A stretch of DNA of 64,000 nt from IMG/VR virus record IMGVR_UViG_3300017971_004694. The stretch is one strand, 5' to 3'. The DNA comes from a virus. Both the position numbers and the translations under genes were made by a program. A model generated the notes under the pieces. The model saw nothing but the letters and a program-made list of their open reading frames with translations. It made no database searches and had not been told where the DNA came from. Below, piece after piece: positions 10,251 to 19,301 of the stretch; position 1 is the stretch's first letter; each line of letters opens with the position of its first letter.

Positions 10251-11030
10251 TTATATCTCCCATCCATCAAGTAAGTGTTGAACCATTCTTTTCTTAGCCA
10301 GCTCTACAGTCATTAACTTACTCAGCGGCAACACTGGTAGTAATTTAAACTCTACTAATAAATCAAGAGCTTTTTGTGAATCAGCTTTCAACATTTCATT
10401 AACTTGCTTTTTGATATATCCCAGAGAAATATCTTTGATATTCCCCTTATATTTCTCAATAGCGTCCTTAAGTTCATCGTCAATTTTAAGGTCAAACTTA
10501 ATAGACAATTTGAGCGCTCGAATGATTCTGCGAGGATCGTATCCTATTGTAAGCTCTGCATTTACCGGCGTTCTTAGCACTCGATTTTTAATATCTTCCA
10601 ATCCCTTACCTGTTCTATCTATGAGATCTTTTTTCAAATCAGTGGGTTGGAGCAAAGTATTTATGGTGAAGTCTCTACTATACACTTCTTTGTCCAAGTC
10701 AGTCGGATCCTCTATACCCATCTTTTTGAGTTCCTCGGTTATTCCAGGAAGCACAAAGTTGTTAGAGAAATCCAACCTAATGTTCTTGAAGTCCAAAGAA
10801 GAGTGGCCATCTTCATACGATCTGTAATTGGCGGCGGGCCATTCTTTGCTGGCCATAAGACCCAACACATATGATCCTCTATCTCCGGTGGTGATGTCAA
10901 TATCACTAGCGCCTGAGATGTCCATGCCAAAAGCCTTGTCTCTTGGCAGACCGCCAACTATATAAGGAGTGGCTAGATCCTTCCCCTTTGCTATTGCTTC
11001 TAGCGTGCTTAGAAGATCCTGAACAAGCAT
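10251..11030 (-). CDS. Class II nucleotidyltransferase (CCA-adding/poly(A) polymerase head-neck family)
   Basis: Motif A YIVGGLPRD...DID, motif B SRDFTIN, motif D YDPRRIIRA; no HD domain. Confidence 0.85.
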   Translation of the reverse strand: MLVQDLLSTLEAIAKGKDLATPYIVGGLPRDKAFGMDISGASDIDITTGDRGSYVLGLMASKEWPAANYRSYEDGHSSLDFKNIRLDFSNNFVLPGITEELKKMGIEDPTDLDKEVYSRDFTINTLLQPTDLKKDLIDRTGKGLEDIKNRVLRTPVNAELTIGYDPRRIIRALKLSIKFDLKIDDELKDAIEKYKGNIKDISLGYIKKQVNEMLKADSQKALDLLVEFKLLPVLPLSKLMTVELAKKRMVQHLLDGWEI

Positions 11031-11033
11031 TTA

Positions 11034-12689
11034 TTACGCTCCTGGTACTGGGGGCGCCCCTTCTGCTGGAGGTGCCTCTGGAGGAGGTGCCTCTGGAGGA
11101 GGTGCAGCCATCTCTGCCGCTGTCTCAGCTGGAACAGGCGCTTCTTCTTCCTCAACCTCAAACATCTCTTCTTCCTTCATTTCTACTGATGGTGCCTCGG
11201 CACCTTCTTCGCCCTCTTCTTTAAGTCCGCCCTTCAACTTATTAATTATTTTTTCAATTCTCGTAGCCACATATAGATTAAGCTCCAGGGCTTTTGCCTG
11301 AGCCTCACCCAGTTCTGGAAAGTGTGATGCAATATTCAAGCCGTCAAGCATCATGTCTGCTTTGGACAATTCCCTGACGAACTCTCTTTCGCTAAGCTTT
11401 TGAGCCAAAGGCTCAAGAACGCCCAGAACATCTTTGACGGTCTTGCCCTCAAAGGGGCCACCCTCGGCTGCTTCTGGTGGCGCCTCTTCCTCCGGAGGTG
11501 GTGGCGGCGCTTCAGGTGGCGGCAGTTTTTCTTCTACGCCTGCGGGCACGCCCGCACCTTCCTCTGCCCCTTCCTCGGCTGGAGGAGGAGGTGGCAACTC
11601 TTCCATACCACCCATCATCTCTTCCATAGGAGGCATACCTTCCTCTTCTGGCTTCTTTTTGCTTTCGTATTCCCTTCCAGTGAGGGCCTTCTCGATTTGT
11701 GAAGCCACATCACCAGCGGGTGCTGGCGGCTGTGCTACTTTGCGAAGTGCATGCGCTCCCTCATAAAAACCCTCTTTTTCAAGCTTATTTGCCGTGCGAA
11801 TTATACAATCTTGCATGGTCGTTGCAGTTTTAAGAGGAATGATTTCCCTCTGCAAAAACGAAAGCATTTCATCAAGATGAGTCCATTTATCAACGGGCCA
11901 AACATTAGCGAACTCTCTAAGCAGCTTTCTTGCTGAATCAAGCCTGCTTATTAACCCACGCTTAGAATCATCTACCGTTCTTTCCACCTTTCTTGGTCTG
12001 CCCGGTCTTCTTGTCTTGGCCAGTTCTATTTTTGGTTCCACTTCTGCCTTAGGTTTTGACTCCGGTTCTGGCTTTTGTTCTTCTTCAAATATTTCCCCTT
12101 TAAAAGGAATAGAGGGCGGAGTAAACTCGGCGGCAGATTTTTGTAGATTATACTTTTCCTGATCGCCGTTTTCATAATATCTTGCCCAACCTTCAAAGTC
12201 GAATTTTTCCATTGGGTCCCATCCCTCCGTAACTTTTTGAGTGGCTTCAGCACGACCTTTACCCCTCTTCATGGCGGCGTATATAGAAGCAAGCGCTTGG
12301 ATCCATTTAGCTATATCTCTGAGCGGCCCTTTGTTTGAGCTTCTTATTCCAATATTGTTGGGATAAGCGACCGTCTCTTTATTTTGCAGGGCCTCATGAA
12401 CCGCCCTGCGAATGTCGGTTAGATCTACTTTCTCTTCATCGCGAAGTTTGGCGAAGGCACAAGCGAGCACCTTTTCTTTGGGCACAGCCTCTTCCAGCTC
12501 AAACTCCTCAACCAAATCTTCATAAAAGTTGTCCAAATAAAAATATAGGTTTCTTTCTCTGTCGCTCTTGGCTCCCAATTCTGACAGCATGCCAGCATCA
12601 CCATGAGCCAATTCCCACAGCTCTTCGGTCATGCCTTCGTCGGACATATTAATCAAAACATCTTTAGCATAATTAGTCGCCATATCCAT
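11034..12689 (-). CDS. Acidic Pro/Glu-rich head-cluster protein (scaffold-like)
   Basis: Low-complexity P/E/A tracts, shared helical module, K-x-A motifs. Confidence 0.7.
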   Translation of the reverse strand: MDMATNYAKDVLINMSDEGMTEELWELAHGDAGMLSELGAKSDRERNLYFYLDNFYEDLVEEFELEEAVPKEKVLACAFAKLRDEEKVDLTDIRRAVHEALQNKETVAYPNNIGIRSSNKGPLRDIAKWIQALASIYAAMKRGKGRAEATQKVTEGWDPMEKFDFEGWARYYENGDQEKYNLQKSAAEFTPPSIPFKGEIFEEEQKPEPESKPKAEVEPKIELAKTRRPGRPRKVERTVDDSKRGLISRLDSARKLLREFANVWPVDKWTHLDEMLSFLQREIIPLKTATTMQDCIIRTANKLEKEGFYEGAHALRKVAQPPAPAGDVASQIEKALTGREYESKKKPEEEGMPPMEEMMGGMEELPPPPPAEEGAEEGAGVPAGVEEKLPPPEAPPPPPEEEAPPEAAEGGPFEGKTVKDVLGVLEPLAQKLSEREFVRELSKADMMLDGLNIASHFPELGEAQAKALELNLYVATRIEKIINKLKGGLKEEGEEGAEAPSVEMKEEEMFEVEEEEAPVPAETAAEMAAPPPEAPPPEAPPAEGAPPVPGA

Positions 12690-13422
12690 CCTCTATTTCG
12701 GCTTCCAGCATTTTCACATCTGTATGTATTTTCTCAAACTTGGCTGGCTTATTGCGATATGAAAGATCCCTCATCTTCACGTCCAGCCTTTCAAGGAACT
12801 TCGCCGCCAGTCCAGGATCCATCTCCATCATCGTCTCTCTTACAGCCTCTCTAATCAAGGCCATCTGGTCTTCAATAACAGTCACATTAATATTGGTCTC
12901 TATCCTTTGGTCGGCAACCTTGTCTATATATTTAGCCCACTTCTCAATTACCGCAATATAAGTGGTGAAATATCCCTGCAAGTTTCTTTCTTGGTTTGTA
13001 GTCGCCTCACCATCTTGAGCCTTGTTGAAAAGATCTTCCATTCGGGACTCAATTACTAAAGAAAGCTTTGCCAATTGCTCTCTAATATCCAGGTGTAAAT
13101 CTACAGCCTCTTTAACTTTCTCTTTGTAAGAAGGTAGATACTTAACTTGCGTGTGCTCCTTTTTAACATCCTTTTCTAACTTTTGTTCTCTGGCCACGTC
13201 TTTCATGTATTTGAGAGCTTCACCATCAACCGCCAGATGCTCTTTTCTAAACTTCTGCAATGTGCCGGGAGAAAGCCACTTGTCTTTTTCATCTGGAAAC
13301 ATTTCCTTAAGTGCTTCCGACAGCTTCCTTACTCCCATTGGCCCCTTGAGCATCTTCACAATCCAATTTTTTTTCGGATGCCCCATCACTTTCGGGAACG
13401 TTTGTTTTTTCTTTTTAGGCAT
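12673..13422 (-). CDS. Hypothetical helical protein, possible terminase small subunit
   Basis: Basic N-terminus, helical body, upstream of packaging genes; start refined to MPKKKK (ATG 13422); function is inference only. Confidence 0.5.
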   Translation of the reverse strand: MPKKKKQTFPKVMGHPKKNWIVKMLKGPMGVRKLSEALKEMFPDEKDKWLSPGTLQKFRKEHLAVDGEALKYMKDVAREQKLEKDVKKEHTQVKYLPSYKEKVKEAVDLHLDIREQLAKLSLVIESRMEDLFNKAQDGEATTNQERNLQGYFTTYIAVIEKWAKYIDKVADQRIETNINVTVIEDQMALIREAVRETMMEMDPGLAAKFLERLDVKMRDLSYRNKPAKFEKIHTDVKMLEAEIEDGYGD

Positions 13423-13441
13423 TTTTTCTCTCATAAAAAAG

Positions 13442-13490
13442 GCCCAACTAGACACTCTTACTGTAATGCCTATAAGAGATCCAATTGGGC
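13442..13490 (-). promoter_or_regulatory. Long RNA hairpin followed by U6; loop complementary to downstream start codon
   Basis: Stems gcccaa/uugggc and cucuua/uaagag; loop UAGGCAUU (13465-13472) matches AAUGCCUA (13416-13423). Confidence 0.6.
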
Positions 13491-13499
13491 GTTCTCACC

Positions 13500-14516
13500 T
13501 TAAGTAAGTCTGGACAACACATCTGATCTTGAATCGTAAAAGCGCATAGGTATTCCGCCATAATTGCTTTCCATGGGTGTCTGCGCCGCTACGCTGCCGC
13601 CCGGAACCCCTTGGCCCTCATAATTAACATAGCCGGTCTCATAATTGTATTCCTTGCCGTCTAAAGGACATTGATAAGTATGATCATCGATCCTAACCGC
13701 CTGAACTCCTATGTGATCTGGACAGTATCTTGTAGAGAGCGATCCTTCATGTATGGGCTGAAGCGGAGGTTGGTTCTCACTTGCTTTCCCAGCTTGAGGA
13801 CAATATCCATAATCCTCGGCAGTCTTAATTAGCCCAAGACTCTCATCAACTTTGTCAGCCAGTGCATAGAAACCGTTTTCATCTAACCAATTGGCAAGCC
13901 TAGTTAAATCATAGGTGGCGCTGGAGAAAGTTTGAACATCTTTTATTCTATCAGCGTGTTTCCACAGCACCTTAGCCATGTGACGCATATCTTCGTAAAT
14001 TTTCGGTTTTAATTCTTCAGTTTTGCCCCACTCAAGCTGATCCGCATGTTGCTTCAACCTCTCAGCTATTAGGCCCATCAACGTGGCTAGCACATAACCG
14101 TCGCCTCTGCTCTCCGAAATAACCTCATATTCTTTCTCTTTCTCCTTGCTTTTTCTGGCCTTCTCAATTGGGATAATATCAGCCTCGTCAGCTTTTTTAA
14201 CCAAAGCCACCATGTCAGTAATCTTATCGGCCAGAGCATGAAATCCACTTTCATCAAGATAGTCAGCGAACTTAACCAACTCTTCAACAGAAGAAGAAGC
14301 GACCTTGGCTTTTTGATGCGCTGCCATTAATTTTTGCTGATAGTTCCTCACGAACTGCCCAAGATGGCCAACATTTTCAACCATCCTGTTAATGGCGGCT
14401 TGCCGCTGCTGAGGAGTTCCAGTATTTACCTGCCTCGTCAGCGGCACAAGATTCATACCATGGAACTGGGTTAAGTTCCTTAGCAGTTCTTGCAGAACCT
14501 CCTGATAAGGATTCAT
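13500..14516 (-). CDS. Head-cluster protein with two helical modules and C-terminal CPDH/CPLD motif
   Basis: Two copies of L..LA..LD..G...AD module; RYCPDH...YQCPLDG. Confidence 0.7.
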   Translation of the reverse strand: MNPYQEVLQELLRNLTQFHGMNLVPLTRQVNTGTPQQRQAAINRMVENVGHLGQFVRNYQQKLMAAHQKAKVASSSVEELVKFADYLDESGFHALADKITDMVALVKKADEADIIPIEKARKSKEKEKEYEVISESRGDGYVLATLMGLIAERLKQHADQLEWGKTEELKPKIYEDMRHMAKVLWKHADRIKDVQTFSSATYDLTRLANWLDENGFYALADKVDESLGLIKTAEDYGYCPQAGKASENQPPLQPIHEGSLSTRYCPDHIGVQAVRIDDHTYQCPLDGKEYNYETGYVNYEGQGVPGGSVAAQTPMESNYGGIPMRFYDSRSDVLSRLT

Positions 14517-14518
14517 TA

Positions 14519-16198
14519 TTAGTCACCTACCAAAACCTTAGCGTTGCTGAAGAAAGCTCCCTCCTCATTTTGCTTCTGTCTGGCATCATAAGTGGACTTA
14601 AGGTGATAAACACCATTTTCATCCCTTACAAGATCATGAGCGGGGCGACCCAACTTCTTATGGATTGGGTAAAGTGAGTTAGGCGTCCTAACAAACTGGC
14701 TACTATCGTCAAAAGACTGGGCCAATTTTTCTCTAACATCACCAATATTCATAAGCATTTCGTGGTAATCAGCAATCACATTTCTGTAGGTTTCCTCATC
14801 AAACTTCTGGGCAACAACTTCAATTGCCTCATCACAAGCTGGGAAGTTATTTTCCATAGCGGACTTCACAATAACATCCTTAAGTTCTGACAGGTTAAGG
14901 CCATAGAGACTGCTGTCGCTAGCGACGATAGTCTCGTTCCTCATGCCAGTTTTACTCAGCACGAAGGCTTGAAGTTTCGCGGCGGAGAAATCATCAACGT
15001 AATTGCCATGAGCAAACACAGAAGGTAGAAGTGGAATACCACCGTTCATTTCCGTGGGAAGCTCAATGGTTAGTTTGCCGTTAGGCGTGTGTAGATCGGC
15101 TTCGCAGATAAAGCCATCTGACATAGATGCGGCTACTCTAATCTGGGATCCCTTGAATCCCATGGAGGCAAGTTCAGCAACCAACATCCCTTTTGCCAAC
15201 CTCACAGAAGCCTGCGGGTAACCAAGTGTGGTTTCCAGCACACTCTCCTCGACCTCAGATGCAATAACCTTGAGTGGCTCAGGTGGCGCAGTCCTGGGGA
15301 TTTCCACGTCTTTAAGGTCATTAGACGGATCTGGCAAAGAAGCGAAGACACCAGTTCCAGAGAGACCTTCACTGCCGTTGGCTTCGGGGATTCCGGAAGC
15401 AACCTTGGTGAATTCCTCTTCGGATACGGCATTTTTCACATTGCCAGTAATAACGTCTAGGGAGTTGAGAATTGTTGATACTTCTGGTAGGCGCTCTTCG
15501 CGAAGTGATGCTCTTGATATATAGTTGTCTAGGTTTGGTCTGCTAAGTTCATCGAAACGATCTCCAGCTACAAACACGCTAGGAAGCTGCTGTCCAGATG
15601 CATCAGCCGGGACATAGACTCTCACGGCGCCCTGGTTGGTGTCCAAATCGGACGCAAACACTAGGAACCTTGAATTCCCACCGGCTAGTTTTACTCTGGC
15701 TCTATCAAAACCCAGGGTTCTTAATTCCATTTCCACTTTGCTCCGGGCGAAGACAGCATTTTGTGGATCATACTTATTAGATGTGGGCTCAAAAAAGTGA
15801 TCAAATCCTTCCTTAACTTCTTGTTCAATATCATAGTTAAGAAAGCCTTCGGTCGGATCTCTCATTTTCCCAATATACTCCTCATTAACCACCTGAGCCT
15901 TAGGCCCTTCGGATATGAGTAAGTCTCCAAGAACCTCTCTAAATCGGGTTCCAGAAGCATTGAGTCCAACTAACTCTTGATAGAGCTTCTCCACATCGCC
16001 CTGACTAATAAGCTGTTCAGGGTTTTTAGTATGGATTTGATCCACAACATTCGCCATAGCCTTAATTACAGTGTCCTGGGGGTTTTCTTCCGCAGCCACT
16101 TGCAGCCTTTCGTTAAGATCACTAAGCAGAAACCTCTTGCCTTCCGTTAATTTAGCCAGCGCCAACTCTGCTTGTTCTTTTAGAGAGGTAATACTCAT
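14519..16198 (-). CDS. Hypothetical virion protein with internal domain duplication
   Basis: Two homologous units each ending LPSVF; start refined to ATG 16198 (GGAGG RBS). Confidence 0.7.
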   Translation of the reverse strand: MSITSLKEQAELALAKLTEGKRFLLSDLNERLQVAAEENPQDTVIKAMANVVDQIHTKNPEQLISQGDVEKLYQELVGLNASGTRFREVLGDLLISEGPKAQVVNEEYIGKMRDPTEGFLNYDIEQEVKEGFDHFFEPTSNKYDPQNAVFARSKVEMELRTLGFDRARVKLAGGNSRFLVFASDLDTNQGAVRVYVPADASGQQLPSVFVAGDRFDELSRPNLDNYISRASLREERLPEVSTILNSLDVITGNVKNAVSEEEFTKVASGIPEANGSEGLSGTGVFASLPDPSNDLKDVEIPRTAPPEPLKVIASEVEESVLETTLGYPQASVRLAKGMLVAELASMGFKGSQIRVAASMSDGFICEADLHTPNGKLTIELPTEMNGGIPLLPSVFAHGNYVDDFSAAKLQAFVLSKTGMRNETIVASDSSLYGLNLSELKDVIVKSAMENNFPACDEAIEVVAQKFDEETYRNVIADYHEMLMNIGDVREKLAQSFDDSSQFVRTPNSLYPIHKKLGRPAHDLVRDENGVYHLKSTYDARQKQNEEGAFFSNAKVLVGD

Positions 16199-16297
16199 TT
16201 TACTCGCCTCCAAGTATATTTAGTCTTTCGATTTGCTATATTAATATATGTCTTTATCAATTTTTTCAACTTCTCTTTCCATTGTTATTCTGAGATA

Positions 16298-18466
16298 TTA
16301 TTCGTCATCCGCCTCAAGCTCTTCAAAGTATTCTTCAGCGGTCGGCAGAAACTCTGATTTTGAGAAACCCTTGCTGTGATATAGATGGGTTGGCTTCTTG
16401 GTGCCAAACTCACTTTCAGCAATGTCGGCAAGCTCCATCTTAAGTTCGTTCAGTTTTTCTCTGAGGATGCTCTTCTCATTTTCAGGCGTATCTTGTCTTC
16501 TAAGCCTGTGCTTGATGTCCCTCATATCGTCCAGTATTTCATCGATTCTTTCAGCACCAGGCTTTTCCTCTTCTTCCTCAAAGGACAGTTCTTCTCCTGG
16601 TTCCAACTGCTCCTCTTCCGCAAGCTCTCTGAAACTAAGAGGAACCCCCTCAGGTTCGTCCACGAGCTGCATCCCTTCCTCATCGGGCTCCTCTTCCTTA
16701 GCCTCTTCTCTTTCTTCAAGCTCTTCTACCATTCTTCTAAGCATGCCCACATTGCCAGAGCCTGCTTCCACATCATATATAAGACCAGACAAATCAACAG
16801 CTTCCTCGCTGCCTGGGTCTAAGTAATGTTCAAGAGCGTAATAGGCTTTCTCCAAAAGCTCTTCGTCTTTGTCTTCAACTTTCTGCTCACACTGGCCACA
16901 CATGGATCTTTTAGAAAGACAAAGATCATCGGCGGCTTTGACAGGGATTCCAACACAATCGCATTCGCCTGGGGAACCACCACATATATTACATTTGGGG
17001 CACATACATCCCTCTGGTGATTTTCCACACTTGGGGCAATTTTTACACTTACACAATTTGCCAGGGTCGCCACATTTGGGGCAGATGCACTCACACAATT
17101 CTTTGGGACTACCACACTGCAAACAAGTTTTTATGTCTTCAGCCATTTTGGAAAGCTCAAGATCTAAGAAAGCAAGGCTCCATTGATCGGCGGCAAGGAG
17201 TCCAGGCTCCATACACTCGCTCTCGGTTTCTTCTATACCAAGCTCGGATTCTCCGGTTTCCACGCTAGATGGTTCTTTCGAATACTCTGGATCCCAAGGA
17301 ATATATCTACCATCATCTTCCATCTCTTTTTTCCAAACCTTAAATGCTCGCTCAGGTGCATCTTTAATGGCGTTGGCCATTCTCCATCGCAGCTTTTCTA
17401 TTTTTTCTGGAGTGTTTACATCATACTTAACTTCACTCCAGGACTGATAAGCAATAAATATTCTCTTCTGGTCGTGGGTGAGATCCAACTCTTCCAGTAT
17501 TTCTTCTGCGGTGGGCTCCTTTTCCTTTTCACCAAAAGGCCAAACCGCATGCTTTTTGAGCCTAATCATATGATTGGCCATGGCCCATTGATCGGAAGCT
17601 TCGGCTTCGTCTTCCTCGTCATATTCGTCCCACCACGCATGGGGCTGCTCAAGCATCGGCAAGCTGCCATATTCAAGCGTCCCCAATCTTTTGCCAACCG
17701 CAGCAAGCTCAGAAACATCAACAATAAATACACCCTGCTCATCATTGGAGACCCCAATCATTCTGGGATTCACATCTTTGCCTTCTGCATCTTTCACCAT
17801 GCACTCAACCGAATCCCACCTCTCGCCTTCCAATGGTTCCTCTTTGACTGAAACATCACCCATGCCCTCACCATAAGGAATAGAGCTAAGTTTGTATCCA
17901 TTAGGATAAGAAGTTAAATAGCTGAATCCATGAGTGGTTGGCCTATATTCTACGGAGCCACCACTCTGCTCTAAAATAGACTTTATCTCCTCGGCTGTAA
18001 AATCATCCCAGGCGACAATCTCTTTTAAAGCGGCTTGCTTATCAGAAGGAAGACTAAAATAAAAACTCCTAATAAACTTCTGGTCGCTATTAAGTCTCTC
18101 ATAAATGGTATCCCTAAGCATCCAAGCTTCTTTTGTATTAGTGGCTCCATACTCTTTACAGGCCACGCGCTTGATAGGAATATTTTGATAAGCGACAGTG
18201 ATGTTCTCTTCTTTCTTATCGAGCATAACTTTCCAGTTGCTCGTCACCACATTTTCCTCATCGCCTATATCAAAAGTGCGAACAAGGAACTCGCCATCGT
18301 CATTAGACTGAATCTGCCAGAGTTCCTCGGGGCCACTGTCTTTAAATCGCACCATATCAAAAGCAACTCTAATGATACGGTGCTCGTTCCCCTTTAGTGG
18401 GATGCGGCTTGTGTCCGGATCCACGACATTGCTAAGGGACTTATAATCTAGTTCAAACTTTTCCAT
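16298..18466 (-). CDS. Acidic head-cluster protein with tandem Cys-rich array
   Basis: Four CxxCG-x5-CxC units at 16954-17125; GGAG RBS. Confidence 0.75.
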   Translation of the reverse strand: MEKFELDYKSLSNVVDPDTSRIPLKGNEHRIIRVAFDMVRFKDSGPEELWQIQSNDDGEFLVRTFDIGDEENVVTSNWKVMLDKKEENITVAYQNIPIKRVACKEYGATNTKEAWMLRDTIYERLNSDQKFIRSFYFSLPSDKQAALKEIVAWDDFTAEEIKSILEQSGGSVEYRPTTHGFSYLTSYPNGYKLSSIPYGEGMGDVSVKEEPLEGERWDSVECMVKDAEGKDVNPRMIGVSNDEQGVFIVDVSELAAVGKRLGTLEYGSLPMLEQPHAWWDEYDEEDEAEASDQWAMANHMIRLKKHAVWPFGEKEKEPTAEEILEELDLTHDQKRIFIAYQSWSEVKYDVNTPEKIEKLRWRMANAIKDAPERAFKVWKKEMEDDGRYIPWDPEYSKEPSSVETGESELGIEETESECMEPGLLAADQWSLAFLDLELSKMAEDIKTCLQCGSPKELCECICPKCGDPGKLCKCKNCPKCGKSPEGCMCPKCNICGGSPGECDCVGIPVKAADDLCLSKRSMCGQCEQKVEDKDEELLEKAYYALEHYLDPGSEEAVDLSGLIYDVEAGSGNVGMLRRMVEELEEREEAKEEEPDEEGMQLVDEPEGVPLSFRELAEEEQLEPGEELSFEEEEEKPGAERIDEILDDMRDIKHRLRRQDTPENEKSILREKLNELKMELADIAESEFGTKKPTHLYHSKGFSKSEFLPTAEEYFEELEADDE

Positions 18467-18521
18467 AGTGAATGATCTCCTAATGAAAAATAATTACACG
18501 TATTCGTTAATAATATTGGGA

Positions 18522-18530
18522 TATTGATAG
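18522..18530 (-). promoter_or_regulatory. Putative phage promoter core CTATCAATA
   Basis: Same or 1-mismatch motif in several other intergenic gaps upstream of genes. Confidence 0.5.
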
Positions 18531-18708
18531 AAACTCATACACAATGTTCAGCACTCCGCTGCGCGTATCAGTGTTTTGGCCAGCAATCTAATACGCGTAA
18601 AATCCCGAAATTAAAGAAAATGATATAAATCCGCGATATTATTGTTTTGACGCACCGAGTCGCATACGATTTTTGAGCAAAAAATGGCCATGGCTGTGGC
18701 ATGAAGAC

Positions 18709-18741
18709 AAAAAAATGGCCGGGGCGCGTGGCCCCGGCCAT
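18709..18741 (-). terminator. Rho-independent terminator
   Basis: 11-bp GC-rich stem (atggccggggc/gccccggccat) followed by a U run on minus strand, just after gene 18762..19301. Confidence 0.85.
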
Positions 18742-18761
18742 ATAAGCGTAATTATTAAATT

Positions 18762-19301
18762 TTATTCTTCCCAACTATCTTCTAGAGGATCTCGCGTTCT
18801 CAAGTCTTCTATTTTGCTAAGTATTTCCAATATATTTTCGTCATCAGCACAGAGCTTCTTGAGTTTCTTTATAGCGCCGCCATACCGCTTTTTGCCGTTG
18901 GCGTAATCTATATTTCCCATGAGAAGCTTATGAACCGTGGTTTGATGTATTCCTAAATCCTCAGCTATTTGAGTTTGTGTTTTGCCCTGCAACCGCAACA
19001 GCACTACCTCTCGCTGTCGCTTCGTAAGGTCATTATTCACAATCCTCAAGACTTCCTCTATAAGTTGTTGTCTCAAGTCGTAGAATTCCTCCGAATATTT
19101 TGCAAGATTAACCTGTGCCCCCAAGCCATTGGCCATAGGGAAGTCATTTAAGATGACTGGATCCACAGAAATCTCAACAATTTTATATTGATAAGAGTCC
19201 GATTTGTTTTTTTTACGGGGCATTAACAAAACCTCAGCGGTAGTAATATTATCTTTCACACTTTCTTCTTCATCACTCCCATAAGGGTTCAACATTATCA
19301 T
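18762..19301 (-). CDS. Sigma-70 region 4 / LuxR-type HTH transcription regulator
   Basis: LTKRQREVVLLRLQGKTQTQIAEDLGIHQTTVHKLL. Confidence 0.75.
   Translation of the reverse strand: MIMLNPYGSDEEESVKDNITTAEVLLMPRKKNKSDSYQYKIVEISVDPVILNDFPMANGLGAQVNLAKYSEEFYDLRQQLIEEVLRIVNNDLTKRQREVVLLRLQGKTQTQIAEDLGIHQTTVHKLLMGNIDYANGKKRYGGAIKKLKKLCADDENILEILSKIEDLRTRDPLEDSWEE

Noticed and set aside
16214-16297. 13-codon mini-ORF MEREVEKIDKDIY
   Set aside because: No RBS; overlaps the AT-rich promoter-like motif
18568-18774. ORF 18568..18774 (-) in the intergenic gap
   Set aside because: Runs through a strong terminator and has atypical composition
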